Source: Eledone cirrhosa (Eukaryota). From it: 64,000 nucleotides of DNA. The translations under genes were made by a program, and so were the position numbers. Below are positions 26,599 to 39,712 of this stretch, one piece after another. Below the pieces are notes generated by a model. That model ran no database searches, was not told the DNA's origin, and saw only the letters and a program-made list of their open reading frames with translations. Positions within the stretch are counted from its first letter, which is position 1; the number at the start of each line of letters is the position of its first letter. The stretch covers positions 218,054,001-218,118,000 of the forward strand of contig OZ024743.1 of NCBI GenBank assembly GCA_964016885.1, read 5' to 3'.

Positions 26599-26861
26599 GT
26601 GGAAGAGAGGAAGGAACGAGGGAGTACCCCCTCTCTGTGTTCCTGAGGAAAAGGGTTGCACACTTTTTTCGGGGGTGTGTGCGACCCCCCAAGGCGCCTC
26701 CTCTCTATTGAGGATTTTGTTATAAATTTTATTTTTTGTTATATCTTATTTTATTTTTATATTTTGTTATTGCCTCCTCCTTATTGAGGACGCCTTTTTG
26801 TGTAAACTCCCCCCTTTGTACTTGTCCCACTTTTGATGCCCTAGTGGCAAATAAAAGAAAC
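23538..26861 (+). mobile_element. Tx1-group copy C1, 5'-truncated within the APE domain
   Basis: AAYAP, VGDWNGILD, SYLDR, YSDH, NFRPITLLN, LDQSKAFDRVDH, RQGCPLS, AYADD, CPRCVCDEETVAHALVHC; ends AATAAAAGAAAC. Confidence 0.95.
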
Positions 26862-27072
26862 ATATCTATCTCTCTATCAGACGTGTGTAACTTCGCGGAG
26901 AAGTTTCCGTAAATTTATGTAAGAAAAAATGTTATTGCGTAACTTGACCACCCGTCTGGACCTTCAGGTAGTGGGTCAACTCATTTTTGCTCCTCCAGAG
27001 GCGAATTATCCGTTTGAAAATTTTTTTCTACATCGAATCTTGGAAAAAATATTGTAAAAGTTTGATTACGTT

Positions 27073-28954
27073 ATGAACGCTGCGTCGAACGATAATGGTG
27101 GTGGAGAGGCGGTAAGACTACAAAGCTCGCAGTCAACATCGTCTTCTTCACTAGATACTATAGAGATGGAAAGACGAAATGAAAATGCAAAAACAAATTC
27201 ATATCCAAACAACACAAGTGACATCAAACAGTTCAATGACAACAAAAATAACAGCAACACCAATAATGATGATAAGAACAACAATGATAACAACAACAAA
27301 GAAAAAAATAAAGACAACACCAATAACACCAGCATCAAAGACAACACCAACACCAAGGAAAATACGAATAATATCAACATCGGTGACAACAAGAATAACA
27401 ACAACAATAACAACAATAATGACAACAGCACCAACACGGATAATTCCACAAAGAAACCAAAAACTCCTTTGCAGAGACAGTTCAAAAAAAGGAGGAACTG
27501 ATATATCTCGATATAACAAATGCCAAACAACTTTAAAAGGACGCTAGGAGATATGTCACTTTCGAAAAAAATGGTGCTTTCAGCATAGATTCTCCGGTAG
27601 AAATTCGCAAGGAAACTGCTCTCAAAACGATAGTTTTTAGGACAGTTTCCAATTCTACCCGAAAAGCAGTCCAATTGTCACAGAAAGAAATTGAACTGGT
27701 TTTCAAAAATTCAATGAATGATATTGCATTCATTCAAAGAAGCAAACTTTTTGGGAGTATTTCGGTACTCATGAAGGATCAATTGACGGCCCAAAATTAC
27801 TCTGTGTCGACAATTGTATCCAACCTGTACACCTTTTTCCCTACATACATGGGAATAAGGACACAAAAGATCAAAATCACGAGTGTCACACCAAAAGTGA
27901 ACATATGGTGGATACTGTGCGGCTTCATCAATTTTGAATACTGTCAGTAGGAAAGTCCACCAGAGATGTATTCAATGGTATTAGCATTGAAGTTCTGGTG
28001 CAAATGAGCCTAGAGCGAATAGCTATGATCCCACAAGGTGTACACCTGGACGGACTCACCTACATAAACTTTTCGGTTGAGGGTAAGCGGCCTTCATGTT
28101 ACCATTGCTTTAGCAGGGGTCACCTGAGGGCTTCCTGTCCTAAATTAATGAATAAAAAAAGGCTCTTCTGCCGACACCCATAAAAATAACAACAACACCA
28201 ACACACAAAAATAACCACAACAAACACAGGCCCACCCAACCCCACTCCATCTAAAACCACTGCAAAATCACATACAGACACAACAGCTCCCCAAGACATA
28301 CCCCTCCCCAATCACACAGACGATACAACAGATGAGGCTATCTCGCCATCACCCAGTGAAGACGAGGGAGAACCGCATCGTTCGAAAAGAAAGAAAAGAC
28401 ATCACAAAAGCAAAAACCCAGCAAACACTACCACAAACATACAACCACCAACACAAACAACAAAAACATCACAAACAAAACCCCCACCTCCTGAAAACAA
28501 AATACCTACAACAAAACGAAAGCACACACAAGAACTACAGACAAAAACAAATACAACACAAGAAAATTACACTTACACTTACATAAACACTGAAAACAAA
28601 ACACTAACGGAGACCATCACAAACGACCCTTCGGTTTTCACCGAAGGGAAAACTTTCGCCCACTCTATTAAAAATAGCAAAAAACTGAACCTAAAACTGA
28701 TTAGGGTCCCTATACAAACTTATAGGTCCCTAAAAGAAACATTTGAGAAGGATGTGGGGTATTCCCGCGTGAAACCACTCAACCGTGTCCTTCTCAAACG
28801 TCTCCCCACCCCAGACACCGCCATCCCACCAGACCCCACCCCACCAAACATCTCCGTCCCCACCCCGCCGGAAACCACCACCCATCCAGACAACCCCTCC
28901 AACACCCCCATGGAAATTGTGCGGCCTGGTCCCCAGGAGACGAAGGGTGAGTGA
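27073..28954 (+). pseudogene. ORF1p with CCHC knuckle, frameshifted
   Basis: Asn-rich N-terminus, KLFGSISVLM, CYHCFSRGHLRASCP, Thr/Pro-rich tail ending ...PQETKGE*. Confidence 0.85.
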
Positions 28955-28987
28955 TCTCTTTTCCTCTTTTAACTTTTCAGCACCAAC

Positions 28988-31900
28988 ATGGCCAATATAA
29001 GAGTTGGATGTGTGAACGTACGCGGCCTGGGGATGCCCTGGAAACAGGGCAAACTCTTAAACAACCTCAGGTCGCACAGTATGGATGTGGTAACCATTTG
29101 CGAGTCCAGGATCCACAGCGAGCGACAGCGGGCCCCCATCTTCAATGACTTTGAGATCTACGCATCTCTCTGTCAACCGGGGGGGGGGCGGAGTTGCCGT
29201 TTTGCTGCGGAAACACCTGGGCCTCGTAACACAGACGGTACATCTGGACCCGGAGGGTCGACTGGTGGTCCTAGACGTCGACGGTAGTGAAGGCGGAGCC
29301 TTCAGGCTGACGGCCGCATATGCCACATCGGGGACACCGCGGCCAGACTTCTTCAAACGTCTAAAGACTTTTCTGGAAACGTCCCGCTCCTTGCTTTTAG
29401 TGGGGGACTGGAATGGAATCCTAGATGCACGTTGGGACTATGTGGGAGCATCTCCCGATAAAGGCGGGTGTAACAGCCTCAAACAGTTAATCGACCGATT
29501 TGACCTGGCCGATAGATATCGACTAGATTTTCTGACTGCGCCACTGTGGACGTGGAGTAATCGTAGCGGAACATCTAGATCGTACCTAGATAGGGTTCTA
29601 GTTAGAAATAAGGATAGGGACATGTTAAGCTGTCCACAAATGTTCATGGTTGCCTATTCAGATCACGAACTAGTGACCTGCATGGCCAACCTTGATAGAA
29701 CCCATAGACAAGGGCCCGGCTACTGGAAGCTGAACTTGTCGTTACCGACAAGCAAAGCCTACAGTAGACGGATTAGCACTTTAGTTAAATAGCACTTGAA
29801 AGGGGCCATTGTCAACAACAGATGGTGGTACTCTCTCAAGAGGGCAGTTAGATTAGACTCGATAGTGTTTAGTAAAGAATTAGCGTTAGATGGAAATAGA
29901 ACCGAGAAGGAACTGGTAGATAAAGTAGAAGAGGCAATTAGAAGTGGCAACGTAGCCAGCGTGCTAGCAACGAGAACGGCCTTGGACCAGTTCTTCGACG
30001 CAAAGCACGAGGGCTGCGTTGTCAGAAGCAAAATACGTGCTCTGGGAAACGAGGGAGCCAAAGCTGTTAGCTGGGCCCGAGTGACGGAGGAAAAAAGTGG
30101 CAACAAGTCCACGATTCGGTCTTTGAAGGACCAAAACGGACGCATGATACGTGGGCCGAAGCAGATGGGTGCGGCTTTTCAGCGGCACTTTGCTCAACTG
30201 TTCGGGAGGGGCGGCGCGCCGGGAGAGGCTATGGATTTCGGTCCATACCTCGACGGCCCACCGCGACTCTCGGACAGCGAGGCAAAGTTCTGCGAAAAGC
30301 CGATTTCAGCCGCTGAGATAGAGGACGCGCTGAGCCAATGCGGCAAACACAAATCTCCAGGTCTCGACGGTCTACCCTACAAATTTTACGTAGCAATGCC
30401 GGACTTATTCTCTGGTCTCCTGGAAGCGGTCTACTGCAACTGGCAACAGAACGGGAGAATTCCCAGTTCTGTAAATGGGGGCGTGGTCACACTAATCAGG
30501 AAGGACGAGAATAAGGGGGATGACATAGCCAACTTCCGGCCCATAACTCTGCTAAACACAGAGTTACAGATTTTGGCCAAGGTGTTGGCAAAGAGGGTGG
30601 CGCTTGTCGTCGAGAACGCGCAGACATGCGCAATCCCGACCAGGTCGATACACGACAGCCTCCACCTCATGCGATACATCATAGAGAGGGTAGGGTGTAA
30701 ACCCGGCTTCAGTGGGGCCCTGATCAACTTGGATCAGTCTAAGGCTTTCGATAGGGTTGACCATCGTTACCTGGATGCGGTGCTCGAGGCGGCAGGCTTC
30801 GGACCCGTGTTCAGGGGCTGGATTGCTGCAATGCACAACAGCAACATCTGCTCAAGGGTCAAGGTGAACGGCTACCTCTCGGAGCCGTTCCATATTACGC
30901 GATCCATTCGACAGGGATGCCCTCTCTCCTCCCTTCTGTACGTACTGACTCTCGAGCCACTACTGCGGAAGCTGGAGCTATTGCAGGGTATCCCTCTGGA
31001 ACCGGGACTGCGGAAAGCGACGTCGGCCTACGCAGACGACGTGACAGTAATGGTGTCGAGCGCCTCGTAAATCGAGGAAGTCGGCACCTTACTGAAGGAA
31101 TACGAAAGTTTGACAGGAGCCAAGCTGAACCGGGACAATTCCATCGGTTTGCAACTCGGATCGTGGAGAGGCAAACCGATGCCTTCCGATGGCGTCGTCG
31201 GACTCTGGACGGAAGGACCAGTAAAGCTGCTCGGGGTCTGGTTTGGTCCGGATTCCAGGTGGAGAAGAACTGGAACGAAGTGACGGCCAAGGTGTTTGCA
31301 CTCACACAGAAGTTGCCGAGTGCAAACTATCACTGAAAGGTCGAGCGGAGGTGGTGAACACTTTTATAGCGTCCGCCATCTACTACCGCTTGACCGTCGT
31401 GCCTTGTCCAGCCAAAACGCTCGCCCAAATGGAACGCGCGCTCTTCCGATTCCTTTGGAAGAGGCGGGCTCCTTTGGTAAGAAGATCCATCTGCTGCCAA
31501 CACCCTTCTAACGGAGGGCTGGGGATGCCGTGGTTGACGATGTGCAAACACGCGCTCAGGCTGCGGCATCTCTACGTATTCCTCACCGGACAACCGGTGT
31601 GGGCCCCGTTCGTGAGGCGAACCTTTCCACGACTCGTCTCGCTGACCGAGCTGCAGTCCTGGGTCAAGCAAAGACCGAGGAAAATGGGTGACTGGCACAT
31701 CGAATGTGCTCAGGCGCTCACAGCCCTCTGGCAGGCGGACCCGGCGATCAGTGGAGACTCCACTTCGTCATTCTATAGAGGGTTGATCCGCAGCAAGTGC
31801 GACGACGCGCTCGGTGAAACTCTAGGCGTAGAGGAAGATGAACTGGCCAGTCTGTTCGGTAGGACCTTCCGCCCGGGACCGATGGACAACTTCCAAAAGT

Positions 31901-32409
31901 CCCTGGCCTGGCAGTGCTACCGAGGAGCTCTACCAGTTCGAGACAGGCTCTACAGACATGGGCGCCCGGGCAGGGATCCTGCAAAAAAGATCTGTCCGAG
32001 GTGCGTGCGAGACGAAGAAACCGTCGCGCACGCATTCATACACTGCCCGGGCGTCACTGACCTGTGGGGCTATGTAGAACGACTATTGTCGCGGGTGGGA
32101 CCAATCCGGTTGACCACCGAGTCCATTGTCATGATCAAACCGCCACCCTCCTTCAAAAACGAAGGAGAGGCGGTTTTCCTTTGTGTGATAGCTATGGCGA
32201 AAGAGGTTGTATGGTGGACAAGGTTGAAAGGGCTGAGGTCAGACACCTTTCTCTCCGGCCAACAACTGATTCTTTTTTTCAAATACCACTTTGGAAGAAG
32301 AATCAGGATGGAGAGAGAGGTGCTGTACCCCAGCAAGTTTTATGAAAGGTGGGTGAAAGTGGCGAGAATGGCCCGAGTGAATGGGCCTTCTCTCTATATC
32401 AGCCTGTAG
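28988..32409 (+). pseudogene. ORF2p (APE-RT-CCHC) with several stops and frameshifts
   Basis: MANIRVGCVNVRGL start, RT motifs including YADD, ends ...GPSLYISL*. Confidence 0.92.
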
Positions 32410-32648
32410 GTTGAAGAAAAGGAGGAGGAGAGGAAAGGAGTACAAACTCTTCGTACTCCTGGAGATGAGGGTTGCACATTTTTTCGGGGGTATGTGTTAC
32501 CCAAATAAACTGTCTCCCCCTATTGGGGAAAATCGACTAACTTTTTAAATTGCATTTGTGATAACATTTTACACGTTTTTTATTGTATGTAAACTTCCCC
32601 CTTTGTATTTGTCCCCTTCTTTTGTGCCCCTGTGGCTAATAAAGAAAC

Positions 32649-32698
32649 ATATCTATCTCTATCTAGCTCTAGCTCTATCTATCTAGCCCTATTTCTAT

Positions 32699-32763
<65 letters not shown>

Positions 32764-32848
32764 TTCCCTCGCTCTATCTATCTATCTCTGTCTATCTCTA
32801 TCTCACTCTATCTATCTAGCCCTATTTCTATTTCACTATCTCTCTCTC

Positions 32849-32885
<37 letters not shown>

Positions 32886-32955
32886 CTTACCCTCGCGCTA
32901 TCTATCTATCTCTATCTATCTCTATCTCGCTCTATCTATCTAGCCCTATTTCTAT

Positions 32956-33029
<74 letters not shown>

Positions 33030-33146
33030 TTCTTTCCCTCGCTCTATCTATCTATCTCTGTCTATCTCTATCTCACTCTATCTATCTAGCCCTATTTCTT
33101 TTTCACTCTCTCTCTCTCTCCCCCTCTCTCTCTCTCTCCCCCTCTA

Positions 33147-33181
<35 letters not shown>

Positions 33182-33192
33182 CTTTCCCTCGC

Positions 33193-33231
<39 letters not shown>

Positions 33232-33268
33232 CTATCTATCTATCTCTATCTATCTAGCCCTATCTCTA

Positions 33269-33323
<55 letters not shown>

Positions 33324-33424
33324 TTCTTAATTTCTTCTGTCTCTCTCACACACACACGCTCACTTTCTCTCTCTCTCCCGCTCACTCACCTTTTCTCTTA
33401 CACTCTAATTCTCTTTCTATCATC

Positions 33425-33475
<51 letters not shown>
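32649..33475. repeat. Pyrimidine-rich higher-order satellite of (CT)n/(TCTA)n units, then (TA)n
   Basis: CCCTCGCTCTATCTATC...CTAGCCCTATTTCTATTTCAC recurs several times; the same motif is at 23510. Confidence 0.9.
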
Positions 33476-33476
<1 letters not shown>

Positions 33477-34149
33477 GTGTGTATGGATATATGGATATAC
33501 ACGTGTGTACGCATCTGTATGTTTATGCGTCTGTGTTAGCAAATTGATAAATGTTCCTTCAATGACGGTTAATATTAAATCGATGCGGTCAACGTCTTAA
33601 GAAAAATTGATTTTACAGTTATTCGCAATATATTTTGTTATATCTTCAATTGATGTGGTCTCTTCTATGTTTTTTCCTGTTCTTTTTCCTTATTTAATAA
33701 TAAAGGCTTTCATTATTATTATGAGTAGTAATCGTAGTAGTAGTAGCAGTAGTAGTAGTAGTAGTAGTAGTTGTAGTAGTAGTAGTAGCAGTAGTAGTTG
33801 TAGTAGTAGTAGTAGCAGTAGTAGTTGTAGTAGTAGTAGTATTGTTATTATCATCATAATCATCATAATCATCATCATTAATTTGATATCTCAATCATTA
33901 TGTTATTTAAACGGAAAATTTGCCCTAATGAACATCAAACCGTTAGATATTCAAGAAGTATCGGAGCGTCCTTGCTGTTCTAAGTAGTCATGCATTTTAA
34001 GGCGTTCAAAAAGTGAACTGAGCTAATATTCTTTAGCCAGCCTTGGAAATCCTTCCAGATAGTGCCAAATACTTCTATGACGAAAGGAACGACTTTGATC
34101 TGATGATAGTCCAAAATCCTTTTCGGTTCCCACTTTAGATTCTGGTAGT

Positions 34150-36995
34150 GGTCAATTTTCTCCTCTTCTTGTACTCTTGTGTCAATTAGACATTACCACC
34201 ACCACCACCACAGCAACAAGAACAACCAAGAAAATCAACGACAATAACAACAGCCTCAATATAAACATTAATAACGGTAGCAACAGCAACAACAAACAAA
34301 ACAACAAGAACAACAACACCAGCAACTACAGCAAGAACGACAACACAAACAACAAGAACAACAATGAAAGCAACAACAAGCTCAACGGAGGTGCCACTTT
34401 TGCAACGGCCACAGCCAAAGCAAGGCGCTTCTATAACATAAATATCAGCGATAAGGAACAACAGTTGGCCCAGGCGTGGAGGTTAATTAAACGAGAGAAG
34501 TCCTGGGCCAACCTAACCATCCCAGACGAGGCAATAGCATCCATGCAAAGGAGGATGGTGTACTTTCGATGCATTTGAGTGCAGACACGCAAAGTGGAAC
34601 TCGCCAGCCAGGCAGAATTCGAGGCTGCTATGAAGTGCATCGGGAGTAACATTGAGTATAAAGCAAGGGCCAAGCAGTTCGTTTCAAAACCGAGGCCTTT
34701 GCTATTAAGCACTCCGTGACCCCCCTGCAGGATGGAACGCATTATCATGCACCCGTCCTACATGGGTAGAAGGACAGTAAAGGACCGCATTCCTAGGATC
34801 CCACCAGGAATGAACATATGGTGGCTACGGGGATTCGTAATCGAGGAGGGAACAGACACTACACTCCTAGATATCAAAAAGACGGAGAGAGAGGACTGGT
34901 CCGGAATGGATTTGGAGATTCTTCTCCAAATGAAACCAGAGAACCTCAACAACATCCCCGATTTTGCCCGCCTGCAGAACGGAACAACGATTCAATTAAT
35001 CATTGAGGGAAGAAGGCCGCACTGCTTCGTCTGCGGGGAAGCATCTCATCTGCAAGCCTTCTGCCCTCAGCTCAAAAATGCAGGGGGTCACAAACCTCCT
35101 TTGCTGCCAACGCCAGTGTCAATATGGAAAGCTGCACCACCACCACCAACAACAACAATGACGCGGGCAACCCTACCAACATCAAAAACAGCCGGACCAC
35201 CACTAGCACCGAAACCAACCCAAGGGGAAAACGAGGAAAGCTCTTCCACTCCCCCTAACCCTCAAATTATACACATGGACAACACCATAAATGCACGTAC
35301 AGACACAGATACACTCACAGCCACAGACTCTTTGTCTTCCAGTAGTGAAGATGAAGGAAAATACAAAAGTGCCAAAAAGCAAAAGAGAAAACCCACAAAA
35401 CACAAAAACATACACAATAAAAAAGACAGACACCACTAACACAAACACTTCCCCAATAACATCAACACCACCCTCACAACCCCCTAAACGCAAACAACCT
35501 AAACAAACAGAAGAACAAATAAACACACAGACACATGAAATTGCAGACCTACAACAAACACAGACATACCCGAAACAACACCACCAAAACCATCACCACC
35601 ACAGTCACCGAAACGGAAACAAATAAAACCACACCAACAAAACATTAAAAACTTCGTGCTTGTCAGAAAGGCCAATGAGAAATTGATGGCCCTCTTAGCA
35701 CGAAGCGAGGACATTCAAACCGAGGGGGACATCTTTGAATTGAGCACATTTTGCGTGCCAGAAGTTTGTTTCTGGTGCGAATGTCGCTCGATTCCTACAA
35801 AGAAATTCGAGAGAGCTTTCCTCAGGACGTGGGAACCCAGAACTTGAAACCCACATCAAGACTTTTAAAGGGGGTCCCAAAAGAAACCCACCAATCATGG
35901 AGGTCGAACCACCCGACATTCACAAGGCCGCGGCTGGGGGTAAGTAAACCTTCCCTCTCTCTTTTAGCTTGCCAAGATGGAAGTAGGGTCACTTGCTCAA
36001 CGACCTCAGGTCTCTGGAAATGGACGTGATTGCCGTCAGTAGGATTTCCGACACACGTGCACTAGCCCTCATTTGCAATGGCTATCAGATCTTCGCATCT
36101 GTTAGTAGGCCGGGAATGGGAGGTGGGGTAGCAGTACTGTTTAGGAAAGGCCTGGATCTCGAGGTAAGGTCGATCTTCCGGGACCCGGACGGTAAGTTGA
36201 TGTTTCTGGATGTGAATAATAGCGAAGGTGGTGCCTTTAGACTGGTGGCCGTCTACGCCCCTACCGGGGCCGGACGACCGGACTTTCTTTAGGCGTCTGA
36301 GAAACGAGGGAAACAAAGCCGTTCGATGGACCGTCGTAGCGGAGGCGCAGCGTGGTAATAAAACCACAATTCGGTCTTTGGCGGACCGTGACAGGCACGA
36401 GATAAGCGATTCCAAGCGGATGTGTGCGGCATTTCGCCAGCACTTTTGCTCGATTGTTCGGTGGGAGTGGCGGGTCTGAGACAGTAGCGGACTTCAGTCC
36501 CTACCTTGACGGCTTGCCGCACATCTCGACGATTGACGCTGAGCACTGCGAAAGGCCGATTACTTCAGCCGAAATTCAGGATGCCCTTTTCGGCTGCACA
36601 AGGCGCAAGTCACCCGGTTTGGATGACCTGCCCTACGAGCTTTACGTAAATATGCCAAACTTGTTCTCCGATCTCCTCGAAGCGCTCTACTGCAACTGGC
36701 AGAAGAATGGGAGTATCCCCAGTTCTGTGAGCAGGGGAGTGGTGATGCTGATAAGGAAAGATGAGAACAAGAGGGATACATTAGACAACTTCAGGCCCAT
36801 AACTCTGCTCAACACAGAGTTTAAGATTTTGGCCAAGGTGTTAGCAAAGAGATTGGGGCTTGTCGACGAGGATTTGGTTGGGAGGCGCAATCCCAACCAG
36901 GTCCATACATGACAACCTCATGCGATACATCATAGAGAGGTTAGGGTGTAAACCTGGCTTTCTGTGGGGTACTGATCAATTTAGATCAATCTAAA
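34150..36995 (+). mobile_element. Tx1-group copy D (same ORF2 subfamily as B): divergent ORF1, deleted and 3'-truncated ORF2
   Basis: HPSYMGRRT..IPPGMNIWW, CFVCGEASHLQAFCP; ORF2 DNA closely matches 1920-3570; ~650-bp deletion at ~36297; stops at the LDQSK motif. Confidence 0.9.
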
Positions 36996-37706
36996 TTGTT
37001 CTTGATGTTGTTGTTGTTGTTGATGATATATTTGATTAAGCTCCCACAAGGTCTAGTTTAATGAAATATATCCTTTATCCTTAAGAGTGTTCAAACACAA
37101 AAACAAAATATTAAAAATACACTATATTTCCATATGATTTTCCCCTGAAGAGAAGCCAAAGATTGACTAGAGCTCTCTGTAATTTGTCTTTCGATATTAT
37201 ATAGGAAATCGCACTATTACTCAAAACTATCTGGGAGAATCATAAATATATATTCTGATATATATATAAATATATATTCTGATAAAAAGACAACAATCTC
37301 TGAAATATACAAATTTCTTTAAATATACAAATGAAATAATAGCGAGACTTAATCTATAATCTTCTGATATACGCTCTGTTGTATATAAATATGTATCTTA
37401 CATGTGTGTGTGTGGGGGGGGGGGGGTCTGTGTGTGTGTCGGTATGTGTGTGTGCGTGTGTGTATATGTGTTTGTGTATTGCCTGAAAATCAGTAAAATA
37501 TGAAGAATAACGATTTGCGAAATTACGGTTTAAAATAAATTTTTTAATATACTTCTACTTCATTGTATTGTGTTCTTCCTTAAATGGATTGTTGTGTATT
37601 TTCTTCTTTTATACACTCTCACACATGCACTCACACACATATACCCACATATAAACATATATATATATATATATTTATATAATATATAATATATATATAT
37701 ACATAT

Positions 37707-37783
<77 letters not shown>

Positions 37784-38218
37784 TGTGTTGTATGTATATA
37801 TATATATATATATATGAAATCCTACAGTTCATCTAAATAACGGTTCTGATAATGGTCAGCTCCTACTTATATCTGTCATATATTACAGGAGAGAATGGCC
37901 TTGTCAGTAGCTTCTGGAAATATCATTCATAGCGGAAAACTGTCAGTAAATTGCATTATGTTTGGTGAAGCCAGATACAGAGAATACGGTAAGAATAGCC
38001 TGAAGAAATCAGTTGAAATATAACTCTATATATATGGCTTCATGTCGACAATGCATATTTAAGGATAATGATTTTGATTGGTTAGGCCGGTTTCACAGTA
38101 TAAAACAGAGCCACCATTTCTGTAAAAATGATACCAGATAGAATTGATTCGTACGATGAAAACTTTCAACGTACATTTAATGCTGAAGTATTGTTAAAAT
38201 GTTAAAGATTTCGTTTTC

Positions 38219-38386
38219 ATTTTCTTCCTTTTCTTCCTTTTCTTCCTTTTCTTCCTTTTCTTCCTTTTCTTCCTTTTCTTCCTTTTCTTCCTTTTCTTCC
38301 TTTTCTTCCCTTTCTTCCTTTTCTTCCTTTTCTTCCTTTTCTTCCTTTTCTTCCTTTTCTTCCTTTTCTTCCTTTTCTTCCTTTTC
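38219..38386. repeat. 9-bp tandem repeat (TTTTCTTCC)n, about 18 copies
   Basis: Seen directly. Confidence 0.95.
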
Positions 38387-38879
38387 TATATACTGTTATA
38401 TATATATTTAAAATCTTTTAAGTTACTTTAATTGAGATTAAACTAGTATGCTTCTTTTGAGGTATATTTCAGCCACGATGTCTAGAGAAGGCATACAAAT
38501 ACACGAAGCAAATTTTCCTTCATCACAACTTTCGATGGAAGCAGACAAGGTATACAAAATGCTTATATAAGCTGAAGTATAAACAGGAAACAAATGTTTA
38601 AAATATTAAAAAGTAAGCATTCGAAATCCTCACACCGGGAAATAAATCTGGCAACAAGATATACAAGTTGTTGTTATTGTTGTCGCAATTGATATTATGT
38701 AATCTCAAGTAAATTCTAACCGAGCCAACTTATGATCGAAAACATTTCATTTGTGGAATTCCTTTTGTTATCTTCTAGTAGTGTATCTCATACTATATTA
38801 TAAAATGTGCGCTCCCCATTTTAAGAAGATTGTCTAATATTTCTAGTTGGTCAAGTAAAATCAATGGTTATTGTAGAAC

Positions 38880-39110
38880 TAAAAGAGTAAAGGCACCCTT
38901 TTTTTACGAGGCACAAGTCTGGGCAAGGTTATTTGTGGAAGACCAGCAGTCGCCCATGCATAGCAATCTCCACTCTCCATGCCATAGATGTTATCCAAGA
39001 GAATGGCATTGGCCGATACATCTTGGCACCTTTGACGACGCAACTCATTTCTACAGCTGGGTAAACAGGAGCAACGTCAAATAAAGAGTCTTTCCCAAGG
39101 ACACAACACA
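38880..39110 (-). mobile_element. SINE body, same family as 13850-14045
   Basis: Shared GGCATTG.CCGATACA..TTGGCAC..GCAACTCATTTCTAC in reverse orientation. Confidence 0.7.
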
Positions 39111-39467
39111 ATATAGCATTAATTAACATGATTGTTTACAATATTAATGTCAAGGAATAAGGAATGGAAGGTTCATTAGCGCGTCGAACAATTTCCTTGT
39201 TGATATCTAGTCACAGGCCTTTAGGTTCTGAAATCAACCGCACCTTTCGGCTAACTGGGGTCGGTGAAATGAATACCATGTAAGTATTAAGGTCATTTCA
39301 ATCGATTATAAACTCTCACAAAAATGTTGATGGCAATCAATGTGAATATCACAGATAGAATATATTTAAGCAAATAAAATTCCGCAATGCTATACAGACA
39401 AGAAATAATATATCAAACATTTCGATCATTCTCTGGGGAACACTAAGCCCATAATATTATTTATTTA

Positions 39468-39655
39468 AGGTGGATTGGCAGTATCGGTAGAGGGTCGGAC
39501 GCCATGATTTCCAGCATAGTTACGTCCCTTAACGATCTGAGTTCAAATCCCGCCGAGGTTAACTTTGCCTTTCATCCTTACGGGGTCGATGAAATAAAGT
39601 ACCAGTAATGTACTGAGTAATTGCTGGCCCTGTGCCTAAAGTAGAAACAATTATT
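39468..39655 (+). mobile_element. Meta-domain SINE
   Basis: Very similar to 17840-18025. Confidence 0.85.
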
Positions 39656-39712
39656 TATTTAGTCTCAATTCAGTAAACAACACCTCATGTTTAACTTTAA
39701 ATAACTAGACAT

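Larger units (their letters stand above)
26879..32648 (+). mobile_element. Tx1-group copy C2, apparently full length (~5.8 kb), mutated
   Basis: 5' AGACGTG, ORF1 remnants, ORF2, 3' UTR ending AATAAAGAAAC, flanked by ATCT-type sequence. Confidence 0.95.
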
